Made by a program: the position numbers and the translations under genes
Part shown: piece after piece, positions 19,807 to 29,659 of the stretch
Numbering within the stretch: position 1 is the first letter of the stretch
Layout of the letters: each line of letters starts with the position of its first letter
Assembly: GCA_033551855.1 (NCBI GenBank)
Contig: JAWSUI010000001.1
Span: 160,001-224,000, forward strand
Direction of reading: 5' to 3'
DNA from: Deferrisomatales bacterium
GTDB lineage: Bacteria; Desulfobacterota; Deferrisomatia; Deferrisomatales; JACRMM01
Length of the DNA: 64,000 nt
Notes under the pieces: generated by a model
Databases searched by the model: none
Told to the model about the DNA's origin: nothing
The model's input: the letters and a program-made list of their open reading frames with translations, nothing else

Positions 19807-20817
19807 CTACGGGTTGTAGATGAACTCCTCCAGGTCGTCCTCTTTCGCCTCGGCGAGGGCCGCGGGCTCGTCGGGCGAAAGACCCGCCCGCCGTCCGAAC
19901 ATCCCCAGCACGTCCTTGTCGAGCTTCTTCAGGAAGCGCCGCAGATCCACCCCCATGGGGCAAACTGCGGAGCAGGAGCCGCAGTCCACGCACCGTCCGG
20001 CCATGTGGTACAGGCGCATGAGCTGGAACACCTGCACGTCTGCCTCCGCTTGACCGATCCCCACCCACTGGGGCTCGCTCTGCTCTGCGAAGCAGGTGCG
20101 GCAGTAGCACGAGGGACACGCGTTGCGGCAGGCGTTGCAGCGCATGCACTTGGCCATCTCCTGCGCGAACCCCTGCCAGCGCTCGTCGGCCGACAGTTCT
20201 TCCACGGCCTCCACCGCCGTGAATTCCCGAGCGGCGTCGTGGGGCGGCGCCGGCTCGCCGAGCATCACGTCGGAGAGGACCGGGTTGTTGAAGGCGCAGG
20301 ACCGGCAGCTCTCCGCCAGAAGGTCCCGGACGGCCAGGTCCTTGGCCCCCGCAGCGGACTCGACCCGCACCCGGCCGTCCTCGAAGGACCCGGTCAGGAG
20401 CTCCTCGCCCCCTGCCGCCTCCAGGAGCTTACGGCGGTCGAGCACGCCGGTGCAGGGGACCCCGAACACCAGCACCTCGTCGCGCCCGTACTGGCGCTCG
20501 TTGAGATGGATCGCCAGGGACCGGCTCGTGCATCCCGGGGCGACCACCCCCACGACCTTCTTCTTCCGGTCCTCGGGTTTCAGCCGCTTCTGCGCCGCGC
20601 GGTGAGCCGCCACCAAGTCGTGGACGTACTTGGCCAGGTTCTGCCCGCAGGCCGGGTTCCACACCAGGCGCCCCGCCTCCTCGGGCGCCGTGATGAACAC
20701 CGGAGTCGCCGTGAGCGGCAGGGTGCCCGCCTCGAACCCCACCACGACCTGGACGCGGTCCTCAGCCAAGGCCCGGGCCGCCTCATGCTGCAACTTCTCT
20801 TGCATCGTGTCCGCCAT
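19807..20817 (-). CDS. flxC: FlxC-like 4Fe-4S protein
   Basis: CGQNLAKY, CMRCNACRNACPSCYC and AGRCVDCGSCSAVCP. Confidence 0.82.
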   Translation of the reverse strand: MADTMQEKLQHEAARALAEDRVQVVVGFEAGTLPLTATPVFITAPEEAGRLVWNPACGQNLAKYVHDLVAAHRAAQKRLKPEDRKKKVVGVVAPGCTSRSLAIHLNERQYGRDEVLVFGVPCTGVLDRRKLLEAAGGEELLTGSFEDGRVRVESAAGAKDLAVRDLLAESCRSCAFNNPVLSDVMLGEPAPPHDAAREFTAVEAVEELSADERWQGFAQEMAKCMRCNACRNACPSCYCRTCFAEQSEPQWVGIGQAEADVQVFQLMRLYHMAGRCVDCGSCSAVCPMGVDLRRFLKKLDKDVLGMFGRRAGLSPDEPAALAEAKEDDLEEFIYNP

Positions 20818-20862
20818 GGAAACCTCTCGGATCCCGCCGCCTTCCGGAAGGCCGGTCGGGGT

Positions 20863-21327
20863 TCAGACGACTGCGGTGACAGGCTCCCCCACGTGTTTCA
20901 CCAGCCGGGTCGCGGGGCCCAGGGCCCGAACCTTTTCCGTGACCCCTCGAATCACCTGGGCGAACCGGTCGCCCTCCGACGCCGAGACCCAGGTGAAGAT
21001 CGTCCGATCCGCCTCGAGGCCCGCGTATTCGAGGAAGCTCTTCAGCACGGCGAATTTTCTCCGCGCCGTGAGGTTCCCGGTCAGATAGTGGCACTCTCCC
21101 GGGTGACAGCCGGAGACGAGCACGCCGTCGGCTCCGTCCTGGAGGGCCTTGACGACGAAGAAGGGGTTGATCCGACCCGTGCAGGGCACCCGGACGATCC
21201 GTACGTTGGTCGGGTACTGGATGCGGCTGATACCCGCCAGGTCCGCCCCGGCATAGGTGCACCAGGTGCAGACGACGGCGAGAATCTTGGGCTCCCAGTT
21301 TTCGGTCTTTGCGGCTGCTTCGGCCAT
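20863..21327 (-). CDS. mvhD: MvhD/FlxD [2Fe-2S] subunit
   Basis: CTWCTYAGADLAG, RVPCTGRI, GADGVLVSGCHPGECHY and WVSASEG. Confidence 0.93.
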   Translation of the reverse strand: MAEAAAKTENWEPKILAVVCTWCTYAGADLAGISRIQYPTNVRIVRVPCTGRINPFFVVKALQDGADGVLVSGCHPGECHYLTGNLTARRKFAVLKSFLEYAGLEADRTIFTWVSASEGDRFAQVIRGVTEKVRALGPATRLVKHVGEPVTAVV

Positions 21328-21398
21328 TCCGGTGGTCCTCGATGGTTGTGGGTCGCGGCCGAGGCCGCTTCTACGATTCGCCTGCTCAAGAACAAGAA

Positions 21399-21502
21399 TG
21401 GGACAGGACGACGGGATGAACAGGATAGGAACCTTCGCTGCAAAGGAAATGCGTCGACACGGTCGACACGAACTTTCCTGTCCGTCCCGTTATCCTGTCT
21501 AA
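21399..21502. repeat. Intergenic inverted-repeat element, family B copy 3
   Basis: GGACAGGACGACGGGATGAACAGGAT ... TCCTGTCCGTCCCGTTATCCTGTCTAA. Confidence 0.75.
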
Positions 21503-21515
21503 CCGCCTTGTCTCC

Positions 21516-24500
21516 CTACATCGCCCCGATCTGGGCCAGAACTTCCTCGTTGTTGAAGCCGTTGAGGTCCGCGGCGTTCATCCGACAGGACGACGTGCAC
21601 ACGCCGCAGCCCTTGCACAGCACCGTGTTCACCACCGCCGCCCCCTGGGCGGCATCGACGGCGATGGCGCTGTAGGGGCAGTTGATCTCGCACAGGCCGC
21701 AGGCCATGCAACGGTCGGTGATGACGTAGGCGGTCTTGCCCTCTGCCTCGATGTAGGGCTGGGTGAGAACCGTCGCGGCCCGGGAGACCGCTGCGTTGGC
21801 CTGGGTCACGCTCTCGTCGCTCATCTTTGGCGAGTGGGCCAGCCCGCACACGAAGACCCCGTCGGTGGCGAAATCCACCGGGCGCAGCTTGACGTGGGCC
21901 TCCAGGAAGAACCCGTCCTGGTTCGTCGGCACCTTGAGCATGCGACCGATGTCCGCGTTCTCGGGGTTCGGTGCGGTGCCCACGCTCAGCACCACCACGT
22001 CGGCCCCCAGATGCACGGGCTGATTGAGCACCGGGTCGAAGGCGCGCACCGAGAGGCGGCCTCCCTCGCCTTCGGCGACCTCGGGCCGGCGCTCCTCGTC
22101 GTAGCGCACGAACTGTATTCCCAGCTCCCGGGCCCGGCGGTAGAAGTCCTCCTTGAGCCCGTAGGTGCGCACGTCCCGGTAGAGGATGGTGATCTCCCGG
22201 CTGGGGTCGGCCTCCTTCAGCCGCAGGGCGTTCTTGATCGCCTCACTGCAGCAGTACCGGCTGCAGTAGGGGTGCTCGGCACTCCGGGAGCCGACGCACT
22301 GGATCATGACCACCTGCCGCAGGGCGTCGAGTCGGTGATCCTCTGCCGCGATCGCCCCTTCGAGCTCCCGCTGGGTGACCACCCGCTCCGACTGGCCGTA
22401 CAGGTACTCGGAGGTCTCCATCTCGCTGCCGCCCGTGGCCACGATCACGACCCCGTGCTCGAAGCTGCGCTCCCCCGCGGGGGTGGCGATGGTGGTCTCG
22501 TAGTTCCCGATGAAGCCGTCGATCTTCGTCGCCCGGGAGCCGGTGTAGGCCGTGATGAGCCGGTTCCGCTCCACCTGCGCGAGCAGGACCTTCAGGTGTG
22601 CCTGGGTGTCGAGCCCCTCGAGGGTGTAGTGGAGGTGCCGGTAATTGCCCCCGAGCTCGGGCTCGGTCTCGACGATGCAGGAGGCGAAGCCCTGGTCGGC
22701 CAGCCGCAGTGCGGCCGTGATCCCCGAGAGCCCTCCCCCCAGGATCAGGGCGGCCGTGGTGATGGGCAGCTGGCCCGGCTGGAGGGGCTGGAGGTACGCG
22801 GACTTGGCCACCGCCATCCGGACCAGGTCCTTGGCCTTCTCTGTGGCCTTCTCCGGCTCGTGCATGTGCACCCACGAGCCCTGATCCCGGATGTTCGCCA
22901 TCTCGAAGAGGAAGGGGTTCAGGCCCGCCTTTTCGAGGTTCTCCTGGAAGAGCCCCTCGTGGGTTCGTGGGGAGCAGGAAGCCACCACCACCCGGGTCAG
23001 GTCGTGGTCGCGGATCACCTCGGCCATCTGCACCGCCGTGTCCTGGGAGCAGGTGAAGAGGTTGTCGGTGACGTACGCCACGTTGGGGAGGGTGCGGGCG
23101 TATTCGGCCACGCCGGGCACATCCACCACGCCGCCGATGTTGATGCCGCAGTGGCACACGAACACCCCCACCCGGGGCCCCGTGCCCCGAAGGTCCTTTT
23201 CCGTGGGGAGCTCCTCCTCGGCCACCAGGGTCCCCCGCCGGGAGGCGAGGAGCCCCTGGGCGCAGGCCGCGGCACCGCTGGCCTCCATGACCGTCTCCGG
23301 GATGTCCTTGGGGCCCCCGAAGGCCCCGCACACGTACACGCCGGCCCGGCTGGTCTCGACCGGGTTCTCGAGGGCGGTCCGGCAAAACCCCTGGTCCGTG
23401 AGCTCGATACCCAGGGCCGAGGCGAGCCCGGCGGCCTCCCGGGGCGGGGTGAGCCCCACGGAGAGGACCACCATCTCGAACTCCTCCTCCACCTGGGTGC
23501 CGTCCTCCAGGACGTAGGTGAGGAGGAGGTTCTTCGATCTCTGGAGCTCCTTGAGGGTGGAAGGGATCGAGCGGATGTAACGGACCCCGTAGTCCTTCTT
23601 GGCCCGCTCCACGAACCGGTCGAAGTCCTTCCCGTGGGCCCGGATGTCCATGAAGAAGATGGTGGGCTCCAGGTCCTTCGCGTGCTCCTTGCCGATGATC
23701 GCCTCCTTGGTGGCGTACATGCAGCAGACCGACGAACACCACGTGTTCCCGCACCGCACATCGCGGGAGCCCACGCACTGGATGAAGGCGACCTTCTTCG
23801 GCTCCTTCCCGTCGGAGATCCGCTGCACGTGCCCGAAGTAGGGACCCGAGGCGGAGAGGATTCGCTCGAACTGGAGGCTCGTGACCACGTTGGGGTAGAC
23901 CCCGTAGCCATACTCCCCGAGGGCCCCGGCGTCGAACGGCTCGAAGCCCGGCGCCGCGATCACCGCGCCCACCTCCAGCTCGCGCACCCGTGCGGCGTCC
24001 TCGTGAACCACGGCGTGGGCCACGCAGGCCTCCACGCACTGGTAGCACTCCGAGCAGATACCGCAGGACAGGCACCGCTCGGCCTCCGCCCTTGCCTCGG
24101 CCTCGGTCATGGGCCGGATTACCTCGCGGAAGTGGGTCGCCCGCTCGGCCGGGGGCAGGTGGGGCATGTGGAGCCGTGACGCCTTGGCGACGGCGCCTGT
24201 GTCGCCCGGGTCGGCCAGCCCTTCGTCCCAGTTGCGGGACCGGCCCGCAGCAAGCTCCTCGCCCTTGAGGTACCGGTCGATGGAGACCGCAGCCTCCTTG
24301 CCGGCGTTCACCGCCTTGACCACGGTGGCCGGGCCGGTCACGGCGTCGCCGCCGGCGAACACGCCGGGCAGGGTCGTGGCAAAAGTCACCGGGTCGGCGT
24401 CGATGGTGTTCCAGCGGTTGACCAGGGCGCCGCTGCCGTTCGCGAGGAACGAGAGGTCGCACTGCTGGCCGATGGCCGGGACCACCGCGTCCACCTCGAG

Positions 24501-25943
24501 CCGGAACTCCGAGCCCTTCACCGGCACGGGGCGGCGGCGGCCCGAGGCGTCGGGCTCCCCGAGCTCCATCCGGACGCACTCGATGCCCGTGACCCGGCCG
24601 TTCTCGCCCAGGACCCGCACGGGCGCGACCAGGAGCTCCAACCGGACGCCCTCTTCCAGGGCCTCCTCGACCTCCTCGGGGGAGGCGGGCATCTCGGCCC
24701 GGCTGCGCCGGTACAGACAGACCACTTCTCTGGAGCCCGTGCGAAGCGCCGTGCGCACCGCGTCCATGGCCACGTTGCCCCCGCCGATCACGGCGACCCG
24801 GTCCCCCAGGAACACCTTCTCCCCCAGGTTCACCCGTCTGAGGTAGTCCACCCCGTGGACCACGCCCTCGAGCTCCTCGCCGTCCACGTCGAGCCGGGCG
24901 CTCCGCTGTGCCCCCACGGCCACGAAGACCGCGTCGTAGTCCCTCCGGAGGTCGTCGAAGGCCACGTCCTTCCCCACGGCGCTGTTCAGGCGGATCTCGA
25001 CCCCCAGGTCGCGAATCACCTGGATCTCTGCGCCCAGCACGTCCCGGGGCAGCCGGTACTCAGGGATGCCGGCCCACATCCACCCGCCGGCCACCGGAAG
25101 GGCCTCGAAGACGGTGACGCGGTACCCCTCCGCCGCCAGGTAGTACGCCGCCGTGAGCCCGCCGGGCCCGGCGCCGACGATGGCCACCTTCTTCCCCGTG
25201 CCCTCCTTCACCTCGGGCACGTAGCGGGTCTCGGCCTTCAGGTCGAGGTCGGCCACGAAGCGCTTGAGGTGCATGATGTCGACGGGCTCGTCCACCTCGG
25301 CCCGCTTGCACGCCCCCTCGCAGGGGTGGTTGCAGACGCGGCCGCACACCGACGGGAAGGGGTTCTCCTGCTTGATCAGCTTCAACGCCTCGGCGTACTT
25401 GCCCTGGGCGATCAGGGCCACGTATCCCTGGACGCTGATGTGGGTGGGACACGCCGCCTTGCAGGGCGAGGTGCCCCGCTTCTCGATGGCGAACGCAGCC
25501 GGAATCGCCTGGGGGAAGTGCCGGTAGGCCGCCGTGCGCTCCGAGAGCCCCCCGTTGAACTCATCGGGCCGGGGCACCGGGCATACCTTGGCGCAGTCGC
25601 CGCACCCGGTGCACTTGTCGAGATCGATGAACCGGGGCGCCTGGGCGAGCTTCACCCGGAACCGTCCAGCCGACCCCTCCACGGCCTCGACCGTGGCCTG
25701 GGTGAGGATCTCCACATTCGGGTGGCGGCCCACCTCCACGAGCTTCGGCGAGAGGATGCACGCCGAGCAGTCATTCGTGGGGAAGGTCTTGTCCAACTGG
25801 GCCATGACCCCGCCGATGGAGATCCCCTTCTCCACCAGGTAGACCTTCATCCCGGAGTTCGCGAGGTCCAGGGACGCCTGGATGCCGGCGATCCCGGAGC
25901 CCACCACCATCACAGCGCCTACGCTTTCGCCATTGGTCGACAC
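21516..25943 (-). CDS. hdrA: Large HdrA-like flavoprotein (HdrL type) with inserted GltD/NfnB-like NAD(P)H domain
   Basis: GGVMAQLDKTFPTNDCSAC; GltD-like PCKAACP/CGRVCNHPCE/GAGPGG/GGGNVAMD; two QCVGSR HdrA motifs; C-terminal ferredoxin. GTG start at 25943 has an SD, although the ORF extends to 26009. Confidence 0.9.
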   Translation of the reverse strand: MSTNGESVGAVMVVGSGIAGIQASLDLANSGMKVYLVEKGISIGGVMAQLDKTFPTNDCSACILSPKLVEVGRHPNVEILTQATVEAVEGSAGRFRVKLAQAPRFIDLDKCTGCGDCAKVCPVPRPDEFNGGLSERTAAYRHFPQAIPAAFAIEKRGTSPCKAACPTHISVQGYVALIAQGKYAEALKLIKQENPFPSVCGRVCNHPCEGACKRAEVDEPVDIMHLKRFVADLDLKAETRYVPEVKEGTGKKVAIVGAGPGGLTAAYYLAAEGYRVTVFEALPVAGGWMWAGIPEYRLPRDVLGAEIQVIRDLGVEIRLNSAVGKDVAFDDLRRDYDAVFVAVGAQRSARLDVDGEELEGVVHGVDYLRRVNLGEKVFLGDRVAVIGGGNVAMDAVRTALRTGSREVVCLYRRSRAEMPASPEEVEEALEEGVRLELLVAPVRVLGENGRVTGIECVRMELGEPDASGRRRPVPVKGSEFRLEVDAVVPAIGQQCDLSFLANGSGALVNRWNTIDADPVTFATTLPGVFAGGDAVTGPATVVKAVNAGKEAAVSIDRYLKGEELAAGRSRNWDEGLADPGDTGAVAKASRLHMPHLPPAERATHFREVIRPMTEAEARAEAERCLSCGICSECYQCVEACVAHAVVHEDAARVRELEVGAVIAAPGFEPFDAGALGEYGYGVYPNVVTSLQFERILSASGPYFGHVQRISDGKEPKKVAFIQCVGSRDVRCGNTWCSSVCCMYATKEAIIGKEHAKDLEPTIFFMDIRAHGKDFDRFVERAKKDYGVRYIRSIPSTLKELQRSKNLLLTYVLEDGTQVEEEFEMVVLSVGLTPPREAAGLASALGIELTDQGFCRTALENPVETSRAGVYVCGAFGGPKDIPETVMEASGAAACAQGLLASRRGTLVAEEELPTEKDLRGTGPRVGVFVCHCGINIGGVVDVPGVAEYARTLPNVAYVTDNLFTCSQDTAVQMAEVIRDHDLTRVVVASCSPRTHEGLFQENLEKAGLNPFLFEMANIRDQGSWVHMHEPEKATEKAKDLVRMAVAKSAYLQPLQPGQLPITTAALILGGGLSGITAALRLADQGFASCIVETEPELGGNYRHLHYTLEGLDTQAHLKVLLAQVERNRLITAYTGSRATKIDGFIGNYETTIATPAGERSFEHGVVIVATGGSEMETSEYLYGQSERVVTQRELEGAIAAEDHRLDALRQVVMIQCVGSRSAEHPYCSRYCCSEAIKNALRLKEADPSREITILYRDVRTYGLKEDFYRRARELGIQFVRYDEERRPEVAEGEGGRLSVRAFDPVLNQPVHLGADVVVLSVGTAPNPENADIGRMLKVPTNQDGFFLEAHVKLRPVDFATDGVFVCGLAHSPKMSDESVTQANAAVSRAATVLTQPYIEAEGKTAYVITDRCMACGLCEINCPYSAIAVDAAQGAAVVNTVLCKGCGVCTSSCRMNAADLNGFNNEEVLAQIGAM

Positions 25944-26111
25944 GGATCGGTCCCTCGATGCTGGCGCGCGGCCGGTCTTCTGCGCGGACGCACGTGAAAC
26001 ATGCCACAATCCTGGCCTGCCTACCCATCACCGGGAGTCGGGAAGGGGAGCACCACGGGCAGGGCCACCTTTGTACGACTTTTCACGGGCGGAAGTCAAC
26101 ACTGCCATTCG

Positions 26112-26177
26112 CCCTGGATCCACCGCCTGGCACGTGCCCGGGGTCGGGGAGCCCCTCCGCTCCACCCCGCAATCCCC
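26112..26177. repeat. Partial copy of repeat family A
   Basis: CCCTGGATCCACCGCCTGG...GGGAGCCCCTCCGCTCCACCCCGCAATCC aligns by eye with 6315-6378. Confidence 0.7.
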
Positions 26178-26194
26178 GATACCCGGACGAGCCC

Positions 26195-26236
26195 AAAAAA
26201 TCCCCCGACCCGCGATGGCGGCAGGCCGGGGGATTT
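26195..26236 (-). terminator. Rho-independent terminator after the multiheme cytochrome gene
   Basis: AAAAAATCCCCCG...CGGGGGATTT stem with a U-tract on the minus strand. Confidence 0.7.
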
Positions 26237-26291
26237 CACTGGTGGATGCGGGATTCCGTCGCCCCCCGTCGTTGGGGAGCGGAATCCGGAA

Positions 26292-28724
26292 TCAGTTGGA
26301 GTCGTCGGTCAGCGGAATCCCCTCTGCCGGCTTGCCGATCGCGCCCAAGACCGCATCCCGGATGAAGGTATGGGTGCGGATGTCGGGCAAGTTGGTGCTG
26401 CGGGCCCGCTTCGGCATCACGTCGTCGAGCACGTAGCCGTGGCTGGGGCCGTGACAGTCGGCGCACAGCTGCTCGAAGGGCTTTTTCAGTGTGGTGCCGT
26501 TGTGGGTGTCGTGGCAGTCGGTGCAGGTCATCCCCTTCTTGGGTCCCTGCTCCAGGTCGTTGTACTCCTGGCGGTGGGAGCGGCTGGCGCCGTCGGCGTA
26601 GAAGCGCTGGCTGGCACCCGCTGCGGGACCGGCAAAGAACCCGACGGTCTCTCCACCTTCCGTCTTCTCCCAGACGTTGAGGTTGCGCGCCACGCTGAGA
26701 ATCATGACGTGATCCGCGACCTTGTCGCCGAGCTGGAAGCCGGGAGCGTCCTCTCGACCCTCCAGGGTGTTGTGTGCGCTGTTGCGGCCGTGACAGGCGC
26801 CGCAGAACTCGAGCTGCGCCGACCGCTTGAACTTGGCCGGATTGATGATCCAGTCTGCCCGGGCAGTTCCGGCCGGAGGAGACACGTGGTTCCCGGCCGG
26901 ACCGTGGCAGGCTTCGCAACCGATGCCGAGCTCTGCCACGACGGTTTCGAGGGAGTACTCGTTATCCTGGCGACGGATGCCGGCGTCGATAGCCGGGTCC
27001 CGGATGTCCTCCGAGAACTCCAGGTCGAACCCGGTGGCGTGGCACGCCAGGCAGCGATCCTCGTAGACCCGACCGGAAGCGTAGGCTGCCAGACGCGGAT
27101 CGGTGCCGTCCGGCGTGTCGTAGAACTGCGACTGGACGAACACGTGGCCGTCATTGGTCTTGACCACGAAACGCTGCTTCCACTTGCTGCCGACCGTGTA
27201 AACAATCTCGTCCAGGGAACCGAGAAAGTTTCCCGAGCCCTGGCGGATCTCCAGGAGCGGACTGGTTGGGTCGTTGGTCATCAGGTCAAGCAGCAACTCC
27301 CGCGCCGTGCCCATGAGCTCATCGGCGCCAGGGTCGAAGGGCTGGATCATCTTGCCGTGCATCGTGCCGGCCCAGCCGCTGTGCTCAGCGGTGTGGCAGG
27401 CACTGCAGATTTGTGATCCCGCGTAGTTTGCAGCGGTCAGGTCGGGCAGAACGGCGGCATCTTGAGTGAGGGGTACGTCGTCAGCGGGCTTTCCGAGGGC
27501 CCCGTACCGGAAGGTGTGGGTGCGGATGTCAGGTAGGTTCGTGCTGCGCGCCCGCTTGGGCATGATGATGTCGATGTCTTCCTGGGTGAATGCCCGGCCG
27601 GGCGCCATGGTGCCGTCGTGGCAGGTAGCGCACAGGGCGACCGCGTCGGCGGCCCTGAGGGCGTTGCCGGCGTGGGGGTCGTGGCAGTCGGTGCACGTCA
27701 GCTTGCCGGCATGGGGGCCCTGCAACATGTCGTTGTACTCCTGCCGGTGCGAACGGCTCGCGCCGTCGTCATAGAAGCGCTGGCTTGCTCCCGCCGCGGC
27801 GCCGGCGAAGTAGCCGACTCCCGGTTTGTGCCACACGTTGCCGCCTTCCGCGTCCGTCACATCCTGCATCTTCACAACCTCGTGAAGATTTACATCGCCA
27901 AGCTGAAAGCCCAAAGCGTCTTCGCGGCCGTCGATGGTCGCATGGGCGCTGTTGCGCCCATGGCAGGACCCGCAGAACTGGAACTGCTGCTCGATGCTGT
28001 AATCAGCAGGATTCAGAATGTTGGACGCCGAGGGTGAGGAGACATGGTCCTCGCCGGGGCCATGGCACTTCTCGCAACCGATGCCCAGTTCGGTGACGAC
28101 GCTCCCAAGGGTGTAGAGGGGATCTGCCCGGTCCAGCGTATTGGCCCGGTCCACATCGAAACCGGTGGCGTGACAGTCGAGACAACGGTCCTCATAAACC
28201 CGCGCCGATGCGTAATCGGCGATCCTTGGGTTGAATCCGTCAGGAGTGTCATAGAATTGCCCGTTGACAAAGACGTGTCCGGCGTCGGTCTTGACGACAT
28301 ACCGCTGCTTCCACTTGCCGCCGACGACGTAGACGATCTGGTCCAGAGATTCAAGGAAAAGCCTGGAACCGGCTACGCCGTACTCGAGGCGCGGATCCGT
28401 GGGGTTGCTCGCGATGAGGGACTCCAGGAGCTCCCGGGCTTCGGGAAGGATGGTCTCGTCGCCGGCTACCCGAATCATGTCCCCATGAACGGTTTCGGCC
28501 CACCCTGCGTAAGCGGCGGAGTGACAGGTCTGGCAGGCTTCCGACCCGACGAAACCGGCTCGCGGCTGCCCTTCGAGGATCGGAGTTTCGACGATGGGAT
28601 CGACAGGGGGGCTCGCGGGAGTCGACGAGCTCGAGGAACCGCAACCGGCCAGCGCTCCCGCAAGAGCTACAGCTACCGCCAGTGCCGTCGTTGTCGCGAC
28701 CCCTCTCCAGGTTTGCTGTTTCAT
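26292..28724 (-). CDS. Lipoprotein multiheme cytochrome c, 12 CxxCH motifs, two tandem homologous hexaheme domains
   Basis: Start MKQQTW at 28724; lipobox LAGC-GSSSSS; motifs CQTCH CLDCH CEKCH CGSCH CTDCH CATCH, then CSACH CLACH CEACH CGACH CTDCH CADCH. Confidence 0.92.
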   Translation of the reverse strand: MKQQTWRGVATTTALAVAVALAGALAGCGSSSSSTPASPPVDPIVETPILEGQPRAGFVGSEACQTCHSAAYAGWAETVHGDMIRVAGDETILPEARELLESLIASNPTDPRLEYGVAGSRLFLESLDQIVYVVGGKWKQRYVVKTDAGHVFVNGQFYDTPDGFNPRIADYASARVYEDRCLDCHATGFDVDRANTLDRADPLYTLGSVVTELGIGCEKCHGPGEDHVSSPSASNILNPADYSIEQQFQFCGSCHGRNSAHATIDGREDALGFQLGDVNLHEVVKMQDVTDAEGGNVWHKPGVGYFAGAAAGASQRFYDDGASRSHRQEYNDMLQGPHAGKLTCTDCHDPHAGNALRAADAVALCATCHDGTMAPGRAFTQEDIDIIMPKRARSTNLPDIRTHTFRYGALGKPADDVPLTQDAAVLPDLTAANYAGSQICSACHTAEHSGWAGTMHGKMIQPFDPGADELMGTARELLLDLMTNDPTSPLLEIRQGSGNFLGSLDEIVYTVGSKWKQRFVVKTNDGHVFVQSQFYDTPDGTDPRLAAYASGRVYEDRCLACHATGFDLEFSEDIRDPAIDAGIRRQDNEYSLETVVAELGIGCEACHGPAGNHVSPPAGTARADWIINPAKFKRSAQLEFCGACHGRNSAHNTLEGREDAPGFQLGDKVADHVMILSVARNLNVWEKTEGGETVGFFAGPAAGASQRFYADGASRSHRQEYNDLEQGPKKGMTCTDCHDTHNGTTLKKPFEQLCADCHGPSHGYVLDDVMPKRARSTNLPDIRTHTFIRDAVLGAIGKPAEGIPLTDDSN

Positions 28725-28990
28725 CGGCAGTTCCTCTCCTTCCCGGTTGGTGAAACGGTTTCGCTGCAGCACTTCTGGGGTTCCCGGCGGTCTTGTGGCA
28801 GACACGCACACCGCGGGAACATGCCCATCCCATGCCCATCCCGAGGAAGCCTAGAGGAGGGGGGAGGTTGGATTCCAGATAAGTTGAGTTGAGGAAAGCG
28901 GCAATTCTGTGAAGATTGGCCCACACCGGCGGGGAGCCTACGGGGAACCGCTCTGGGACGTGGCGGCGAGCTGCCGGCAATCCTGGAGAG

Positions 28991-29659
28991 TCAGCCCTCG
29001 CCTTGTCGGGTGATCTCCTCGAGACAGGCCACCACCCTGATTCCCTCGGTGGTGAGAGAGTAGTTCTTGCGCTCGTCCTGGGAGACGAGACCCGCCTCCT
29101 TGAGGATGCGCAGATGAAAGTTCACCTTGGTGTGATCGTCAATCGCGAGGGCCCGCGTGAGATCCATGAAGCGCAGCTTGGCATGGCGGCTGAGGAGGCG
29201 CAATGCGTCCCTCCGGATGGCGTTTCCCAAACAGTGGAAGGTGGTTTCCGCGTCGGGAGGGGTCTCGCACTCGGAGAATCGCGCAGACTCGAGGCACCGC
29301 CTTACCGCCACCGTGAGCTCGTCGAGTCGGAACGGCTTGACCAGATAGTCCTCGGCTCCTCGGCGCATGGCCTCCACCGCGCTTTGGACTGTGGCGAAGG
29401 CCGTGATCATCACGACCCTCGACCGGGGCGCCTGTCGCCGAATAAGAGGAAGCGCCTCCATGCCCCCCATCCCGGGCATCATCAGGTCGAGGAGGACGAC
29501 GTCGAACGGCTCCTTGCGGAGGATCTCGAGGGCTTCGTCCGCCCGGCTCGCCAGGGTCACACCGAACCCCGCGCCGGCGAGAATCTCTTGGATGTTTTCT
29601 TGCAGGTCCCGGTCGTCGTCGACGACGAGAACCCTAGCCGACGGCAGAGCCCTCGTCAT
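28991..29659 (-). CDS. Response regulator (receiver plus C-terminal ArsR-like winged HTH)
   Basis: VLVVDDD, LLDLMMP, ITAFA and YLVKPF, followed by IRRDALRLL...VNFHLRILKEAGLV...YSLT. Confidence 0.88.
   Translation of the reverse strand: MTRALPSARVLVVDDDRDLQENIQEILAGAGFGVTLASRADEALEILRKEPFDVVLLDLMMPGMGGMEALPLIRRQAPRSRVVMITAFATVQSAVEAMRRGAEDYLVKPFRLDELTVAVRRCLESARFSECETPPDAETTFHCLGNAIRRDALRLLSRHAKLRFMDLTRALAIDDHTKVNFHLRILKEAGLVSQDERKNYSLTTEGIRVVACLEEITRQGEG

Noticed and set aside
16249..25943. Selenocysteine recoding in Hdr/Mvh genes
   Set aside because: All frames are open and the relevant positions are Cys; no in-frame TGA is needed.
25986..26001. Second parS-like site GGACGCACGTGAAACA
   Set aside because: It has four mismatches in the left half, so the palindrome is broken.
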